Shown here in pieces: positions 51,701-60,700 of a stretch of 64,000 nucleotides of DNA. Location of the stretch: the NCBI RefSeq assembly GCF_046119375.1, contig NW_027362768.1, positions 289,664,001 to 289,728,000 on the forward strand. Reading direction: 5' to 3'. The position numbers were made by a program, and so were the translations under genes. The notes beneath the pieces are model-generated. The model did not search any database, was not told the origin of the DNA, and saw nothing but the letters and a program-made list of their open reading frames with translations. The stretch's first letter is position 1; each line of letters starts with the position of its first letter. This DNA is from Phyllobates terribilis. Taxonomy: Eukaryota.

Positions 51701-54700
51701 TAACAGGCTGGAGAAACTTGCACCTACTGCCACTCTATCTTCAGCTCCTTTGTGAGAAAATGTATTTGGGCAGCCACTCAGTCTACCAAATAAAATTCCT
51801 GAGAAAGAAATTGGGGATGGCTTCGCTACTGGTGCTGGGGGCAGTGCTAATACCATGGCTTCATACCATAGTTTGCTGGAAATATTCCAGGCTGGTAGGA
51901 GGCAAGCAAATTCCCACAGAAAAGTACCAGCAGTAATGTTCAGGCCACATTTCAAGTGCAAGCAGCTTTAGAGGACTTCCCGGGAGAAATGACACGCAGG
52001 GTAGATACGGTTTCCCTCTATGCCTTTTCAAGGCAAAAGGTGGCTACTTTGAAGAACCTAGAATATAAGACATATTTTCAGTTGTTTCACACTTTTTTGT
52101 GAAGTATATAATTCCACATGTGTTAATTCATAGTTTTCATGCCTTCAGTGTGAATGTACAATTTTCAAAGTCATGAAAATACAGAAAAATCTTTAAATCA
52201 GAAGGTGTGTCCAAACTTTTGGTCTGTACTGTATATATATATACATATATATATTTGTATATATACCAATGCACATATGGAACCAAGGACTGACTGTGCA
52301 GGGGGTGGGGGTGGGTATGTGTGATATACAGTGTCAAAGGGTCTAGTAGTGACATTGATTCCAAGGGCCTGCTATAGAGCTACATGCAGTATTACGCAAC
52401 CCTTGTTCACAAATTTGTCTTTGCTTCAATATAATAATAGTTTGTTAAATAAATGATGAGATGTTGCCCTTATCTGTACATGTTGCATTAAAGGGAACCT
52501 CTCATGTGAAAAAACGCTATTAACCAGCAAATATGGGGTTAATCTGCAGGTTAATAGCGTTCTGAACCTACCCGGCGCCCGCACTGAGAGCCCCGCTGCC
52601 AGGAGGAAATTAACAACTATGTTCCTCCTGGCTGAGTTTGGGTTTCAGTCATAGGGGTGACCCAAGTACAGTTTCAGTCATCGCTCAGGGTAGTGGCTGA
52701 AACCGTGCCGGCGCCACTCCTATGACTGAAACCCATACACTGCAGAGAGGAATAAAGTTCATTTTCTCCCGTCAGCAGGGCCCTCAGTGCGGGCACCGGG
52801 CAGGTTTAGAATGCTATTAACCTGTGGATTAACCCCATATCTGCAGGTTAATAGCGTTTTTTTCACATGACAAGTTACCATCAAGTGTACTATGCCAAAC
52901 ATTGCTCATGTCGGGGCATGGAGGGTCCACTCCTCTATAGAGGTCCACCAGGGGACTCACATATTTCTCAGTGGGCCAGTCTAAGTCTGAAAATAATGTG
53001 TTGAAGGGACATGGCAGGTGCGTGATGAAGGCTATGTGTGTGGTATCTGGTATGTAAGTATGTATATATGTAAGTAGCTGTAAGTAAATGTATGTATGTA
53101 TGGATATAGATGACATGGGGATACAGTTCTGCGGGTGTAGGTGCCCATAAGAACAGTAGAAAAATTAAAGAAAGAGAAAATAGAGAAGGAGATTCTGAGC
53201 AGAAAAGAGAGCACAGGAGGTATAAGATTGCTGCTCTGCCTCATAAACAGTGATAGTAAGAAGTCTGCGAAAATAGGATTTATATAGTTAAGTATACAAT
53301 AGCAATAATAGATTAGGTTAACAAGTCAAGTTCACAATTAAGACCCTTGTGGACAAGTGTTTGGAGTGTGTGAATCCAAGAATATTCCCTTTATTTGAGT
53401 AATCTTACATGATTATTACTATACCCCATCTGGGCCTAGGTAGCCGCTCAATCACCTGATCACATAGCTGGGCCACCGTATGTTTTGGTTAGAAAGTGGT
53501 AAGCAAATCTTGCCACATCTGATGGGGGACTTGTGGCTCTCTGTTCTATCCTGTATGTGTTGGATTGTTTCACCCACATAACGGAGGCTACAGGGATATT
53601 GGATGACATAGACTACAAAGTTGGATTCCCGTGTGTATAAATTCTTAATGGGATATGTCTTCCCAGTCTTGATTTCATAACATTTGTGTAAGCATGGAAG
53701 TGTGCCATGTTTCCTGGTTCCTAGAAATTGTTGTGCTTAGATTGCTCACATCTGGCCATATGAAGTGATCTTTAGTGTTACGGGGTCTTTTCATACACAT
53801 CTGTGCTGGTATCCTGAATATCTGGCTACGCTTTCAGTAGTAGAAGCCACTGTTTGTGTATAATGTTATATATTTGGGCATGTTGGGGTGGTATCTAAGA
53901 ACTAATGGTATGCAGTTTAGTTGGTGATGGGGTGATAGTCATTGCCATGTATTTTTTTAAGGTCTAAGACATATGTCAGATAGTCTCTGTCCAAGAACCT
54001 CTTGGACAATATCTCATCTAATCTAGTAGGTAAGAGTGTCTTGTGGCTAACTATTCTGGATACTCCTTGATATTGTGAACGAGGAAGACTACTTTTGTGT
54101 ATTTGAGATTACAACTGAAGTAAACTGTTCCTATCTGTAGATTTTGAGTAAAGATTAGCAGCAGGATTCCTTTATGTTTTATGACCGAAGTACCAAGGAA
54201 ATAGATCTGTTTTGTATTTTGATTAAGTGTAAACTGGAGCTCTTGGCTTGTGTTGTTGAGATTGGAGACGAAAGACATGAGTGTGTCAATGGGACCATAG
54301 TAGATACAAAATATATCTTTAGTCTATAAATGCCAATAAATTGCATATTTTATGAATAAATTGTTGGTGTATACATGCTGGTACTCGAATTGACTCATGA
54401 AGTAGTTAGCATAAGCTGGGGCCACACTGGACCCCATTGCTGTTCCATACACCACGCAATTCATACAACATGCAATTTTCTGGCATAGATACATTGATGC
54501 ACCCTTAGTCCTTGGTTCCATATATGCATTGGCATATGTGTTTAAATGTGTGTATATTTACTTATCTATACACATTTGCCAGCTGGTGATTCCTCATTTT
54601 TCTCATTCACACATTTATTCATTTACCACTACAGTCCTATGCCATTCTCATACATTACACATTCTGTTTATTATGGACTTTTTCCACTTGGACCCAACTT

Positions 54701-57700
54701 TCTAATGGGTCACTTCTAACTATTCCACCCCCAGTGCTGGTTCTGATTTATTGCTCTGAGGCATAAGAGCTGTTCCATGACAGCCGCTGCCTTAACAACG
54801 TGTCCTGCATTCCTGTGCATTATCTCAGTCATGGCCCCCTTGATATACCTGTAGCAGGGCACAAAGCTACATCGGATTATAAATAGTGGGATTTTTCCTC
54901 TCCTGCTCCATACCCGGTAAGCATTGGCAGTACCTCTACCCCTTCAACATACTGTACCTGACTCAGGTAACTCTCATGGCCGGTGTACATATGCTCTCCT
55001 ATGTGTTTTTTTTATACCTGCTACCTGTGTATTCTTCCCTTATGCTCCTTAAACTATTTTCAGACCTGCGTATCCTCTGCACCTCCCACCTGTCCCCATT
55101 ATCTACCTTCTCCCAAGAGGGTCAAAATGTCAAGATTTGATTGTCACTTTTCTTGTGTATCTTTATATTCAACTATAATCCTGTGTGTTTTCACAATAAA
55201 ACCTTATGAGCATCACTACTACTGTGCTGAGGAGTGCAGTGAATTGTCCCATACACAGCACACACAGATTTGAAGGATTCCTGCTCTCTCCTACCTCTGC
55301 AGCACATGTCCAGAAGATGCAGCAGGAAGTAAAGCAGCACTGAGCAATATATATGTGAGTCCAGCACTAGGGTGAGATAAAGCAGCCGTAGGGTCTATGT
55401 TTCTGTGCATCTCTCTCCCTCTGCTCCTCCTTCTTCTTCCTATCCTTACATAGACGTCAATAAGCGGCCTTAATATGATCCCTCACAGAGCTGGCAGTCC
55501 GTTTTGTTTTTAACATGATGGATTTTAGCAGTTTTCAGAGTGAATTTGAGTTGAAAAGGCAGAGTAGGGGAGGGTTAGAAGTGGCTAATAAGTGGAGAAA
55601 GAAGTCCATTTCTCTGATAACATAGCAATGGTCCCCAACCTTTTTGACCTTCAGAGCCATATTCAGCTCTGAGAGAGAGTCACGAGACACATCCAGCTTC
55701 TGGCCCCCTCATAGTAGTGACAGACAGAGCCCCCATTACCAGTATAAAGTTATTCAAAACTTTTCCACAGAAATCACATTCAGGTAGTATACTAAAATTC
55801 AGGGGTTTCCGCCTCAACCCCATTCATCAAGTACTCCACCACACCGTCACAACCAACTTCAAGCAATTCTGACAGTTAGTATTATCCTACCAGCTAACCA
55901 TAATCAAATCATCTCCCAACCCACAAGGACAGTATATGTGCATCCAGATCTGCTGTTCTGTGCGGGGCTACTCACAAAAGTCCATATCTGATCCCCTTCT
56001 CTTAATAGCTGTTTGCTAGACCTGGTGCTAATGCCCAAAGTTGGCAAACAACCATGAGCCACACATCACGGACCCACAAGCCACATGTGCCATCCTAGCC
56101 ACAAGTTGGGGACCCCTAACATATAGTCTATTACAAAGTTTGTTATATTTGCTTGATCTTCTGATTTATGCATCATCAGTATTAGATGGCTGGACAAGCC
56201 CTTTAAGGACTACAGGATGGCAAGCCTAGGGCCTTTTATAGGGTCCCGAGCTTCTGTGGCTATGATGATTTTGCAGGAGAGGTGAGCAATCCAGTGACAG
56301 AGTGATGCCCTCCTTTGTTGAACCACCTTGATGCCTTGGTCGCTGTTGGCCAAGGTGTCTAAGGTGTTAAACACCACCACATATGGATCAGACTCCTGGT
56401 GATATCAGTGAATACTGTAATAAAACCTGACTATCATATATGATGCAGCTAAAATTAAACAAAGGCATCTTATCTGGCACTTTCAGTAGTTTTGTAGGGT
56501 TAAATTTGCTGACTGATCTCCTCTTATGTAACTGTTCATAGTGTAACGTGGTGGGCGAGATACTTGTCTGTTGCGCCCTTGCACGTTACATGAAGGTGGG
56601 GTTCTCGGATGTTTCTGTGGACTTGTGCTGTGAGGGCGTTATGCTCATGCCGGTCACATGTAAACGATGACACTGGTTTACCAGGACTAGATGTTAAGCA
56701 GTTCATGAAAGGAGACCATCAGTTCTTAACAATCGAAGCTTTACTAAACAGGCGTTGCATGGCAACTAAGTACACAGGATAGTGGGTACACAACTTCTCG
56801 CACGTTTCTTCATTAATACAGAGCATCTCAAAACACAGTCTCGTTACTTCCTCAGCGTCACAAATTCCTGCCTCCACTGGTCTCATTTCCTTCACCACCA
56901 CCCAGCTTATCACCACAGTACAGTCCGTGAAAGTCAATTCCTCTTCCCGCGATTCTGCATCTGAATCTCCTCGCAGAGGAGAGGGTTTGCCAATATGGTC
57001 AGACTCAGCTTCAAGTTTTCTAACACTTTGGGAACTCCTGCCCAGGACACTCACTTCGACTCACGTTCTATTCCGTCCTGGTCCGTTTCCTTTAAGAGTT
57101 GTAAGCTACTCAGGGCCTTGCGCTAGGCGTATTTTCTCCAGACCCTTCTCACTTGGTCACTCTGCTTTCTCATCAGTCCTATGAGCTTTCACTGTCCTTC
57201 TCTCTGCATCTCTGTAAATCTCTCTCTGTCCGTTCCTCTGGATCACGCTATCTCCATCCCGATCTCTCTCTCTTGCCACAGAAAACCCATTGCATGTGGT
57301 CTTGCTGAGCGCTCAGACCAAACCTCTGCTCTAGCTGCAAGCTGGGCCCTGTCTGAGTCACAACCAGGAAGTCCTCTCTGTTCCTGCTACATAGCCCCTC
57401 CCTCTCTGGGCTAGTCCCAACACTTAACTATGTCTTACCCTACTCACTGTCTGTTGCTGGGCGGAACGCATCTTCCTAACAGTACATTGCAAAACATTAC
57501 AATACACCACATCACAATAACACATGACATTATATACACTACACTTTACATTGTACACAGCACTGATGTCTTCAAGGGGGGAACAGGAGAATATGTCCAT
57601 CTCCTTACAGAAGTACAATATGTTATTTAGCCACAAATTAACTATGCATCTGATATTTGACGTGGTAATAAAATAATCAGCAGTAATACTGTATATTTCG

Positions 57701-60700
57701 TACTACAACCCAATGTGCTTGTCTTGCTTTGGTTATCAGGGATCTACTGCAGATGGAGTAGGGATTTTCCCACTGTCCTTTGTGAGAATCATCAAGGATC
57801 TTCCGGAGGAAAAGTTTCCTGCCAGCTGGCTACGTTGCTATTTCCACGATTATGATGTGTGCTCGATCAGGTATTTATGGTAGGGGGCGCTATTGTGGTC
57901 ACCGTTCCCATTTTGCCAGTGCAGCACACAGATGTGTACAATCTTCTGTGTTTTAGAGATATCCCCTTGGAAGAAGACGTAAAGAAACGGCCGTCATACA
58001 ACGAACTGCTACAGTTAATAAGGTAGACATCTACTTTCTGAATATAAAACTTGAGGTCGGTTAATAAACTGTGTAATGGATCCAATCAATTGATCTCTTG
58101 TTCTATAAAAGATTTGCGAGTTTATTGTGCGCTTTAATTGGCCGGTTTATTCAATATGTACATTATTACTGGCAAGGGGCATTTCCCTTGGTTGAAAGAA
58201 GGTCACGCCGCTAATGGGCAGCATTTCTCACAAAGGCTTCAGTATGCACTATTGATATTTTTATCATGGAAGAAAATCAATAACTTCTCAAGAAAATAAA
58301 GCCCATTTTTGTTATATGACTTCAATTGTCCAGACAAACCGAACCATTTACAAAATATTTTGCCTTGATGCCAGGAGTATTGCAGAAACAGGTTTAATAA
58401 CAATCCCTTGAGAGGTCTAATAAATACATAATTTTAATTTTGTGTATTGATACCATTCATTCCAAACCAATGCACTGTCAACTGCTGATATATGAAAGTT
58501 TTTTGTTTTGTTTTTTTACCCAAGAGTTTTTCAGAAGTTAAAAAATATATTATTGAGCAATTATGAGGATCTAAAAACAAATTAAGGCATTTACCAATAT
58601 AATAAACCCAAAAAATTGTATTAAAAAAAAAAGACAAAAATAATTTTTCAATTGATCAGTAAAATAACTGTATTATGAAAAAGTACAATAAATAAATAAA
58701 TCACAATAGACATGATTAAAGCAGATTAAAAAATGGTGCCAAGATTAGGATTTAAGAATTGATTAGTTATATAAATAATGCTTGCAATATCAAAACAGTA
58801 CGCACATTTTCCTATGGGACTATAGGGTAAAGGGAATCTCTCATCAGGTTTTTGTCACCTAATCTGAGAGCAGCATGATGTAGAGACAGAGACCCTGATT
58901 CCATTGATATGTCACTTACTGGGCTGCTTGCTGTACTTCTGAAAAATTCAGCTTTATCAGCAGGAGATTATCGCTAGAGGACTAGTAAACCTGCTGCCAT
59001 GTAGTCCTCCATATTCATGAGCTTTGTGTAACTCCGCCCCCACCACTGATTGGCAGCTTTCTGCTTATGCACAGAGTACACAGAAAGCAGCCAATCAGTG
59101 GTGTGGGCGGGGTTATGAAGAGCTCAGCATTCAGAGAACTGCTAGATTTGCAGCAGATAAAACAGTGATTTTCTCAAAACTGCAGCAAGCAGCCCAGTAA
59201 GTGAAACATCACTAGAATCAGGATCTCTGCCCTTGCGTTATGCAGATCTCAGATAGGGCAGCAAAAACCAGGTGACATATTCTTTTTAAAACAGGGGAAT
59301 GCGGAGCTAAAGGAACCAATGTCCAAAGTAATGATTTTATTGCACAGGCCCTATAATTAGAAATGTCCAAACAAGTGATGCTATTGCATAAGCCCAATAG
59401 ACAAGAATGTCTTAGCTATAAATAATTAGTTCAAGAGCCACATCTTATTTGAAACATTGTACTGACCCAGTTATGTAGATGGGTCACTTCGGAGTACTGC
59501 ATGGGGGACCAGGCGTGCTATCTACATAACTGGGTCACTATGATGTTTCATTATATACTTACCAATGTAATGTCTGCACTAATTGTGCTGTTAATATCAA
59601 CTTCAAGGATTAAATAGAGTGAGGATTTCATTTAATATTTATACTTTATACAACAATCCAGACACAGATAAAAAAGACTAAAAATATGTAAAAAGGCCCC
59701 ACAGAGATATCTAAGAGACTTTAGATGTAGCTGTGATATGGTCAATCAACCTGAAGCACTGCCACATATAATATAAATATATGGTCACGAATTGCATTAT
59801 AAACTCACTGATCCCATAGCAATAACAAAAATGAAGTGCATTGATGCAACCCATAATATTAGAGTAAAGACCCCTGAGGAAGCCTCTTGTTTGTGGCGAT
59901 ACATGTGGCAAAACTTTTTGTAACTGTACGTATTTTGATGTTGGCATTTTCAGATCTGCATTTATTTAGTCCTACTTTATTTTCACCTTCATGTACTATA
60001 TACTATGCACTACATATCATGATGGTGGAGGTGCTCTTTGTTTATTGGTGCTGCTTTTTGACACGTTGTTTAATAATTTAAATCAACCTGTGCAATCTTT
60101 TTTAACAATTATCGCAATACTTGTCTTTACTCTTCTATTAGTATAGAGTAATATATACCGTATCACTGTACATTTTTTAAGGCTCTCATACAGATTAGAT
60201 TAAATTAATCGAAACCGCCAATATTAGTAGTATAGGGCGCCAGTTTAATGTGCATGATGGCCCCTTGACTCTTTCCTGATAGGAGGCGTTTGCAGAGAAA
60301 AGGATCCAGCACGTTGGTTTTCCAAATACAGTACCAATCCTTTTGTTCTCTGGAAGAGCGCTCCTGTGTATGGGGAGTCGTTTGGCCAACAACTATCTAA
60401 AGTGCACCCCATAGATATTGAATTGTCAGTCACGCGCCCCATGGGCCGTGGGGTACTCGGTAGCCCGGCCGGTCGATGCTGGGGGATGTCATAGTGGCAG
60501 TGACCCGGTCCGTAACCCAGGGCGGTCAATAAAAGGGGAACAAGTAAAAGGAATAAAGTTTTTATAGATAAATATTCATGACGCCACCTGTGGTATGCGG
60601 CTATATGGAGCCGCCGCTGCGGTGCAGATCCTCTGGAGCTGATGGTGATGCAACAGAGTTGGTTCAGCTCTCCACAGGTAGAGCTAAGCTCCAGGGCAGG

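Larger units (their letters stand above)
45252..52030 (+). mobile_element. Large hAT element, copy 2 (both termini damaged)
   Basis: Begins cgagcatgctcgctac, i.e. the TIR minus its first 10 nt. It is collinear with copy 1 and truncated on the right next to a Tc1 fragment. Confidence 0.9.

Noticed and set aside
56719-57054. 111-aa minus-strand ORF as a nested gene
   Set aside because: No recognisable motif or splice context, and it lies in a probable LTR-like remnant.
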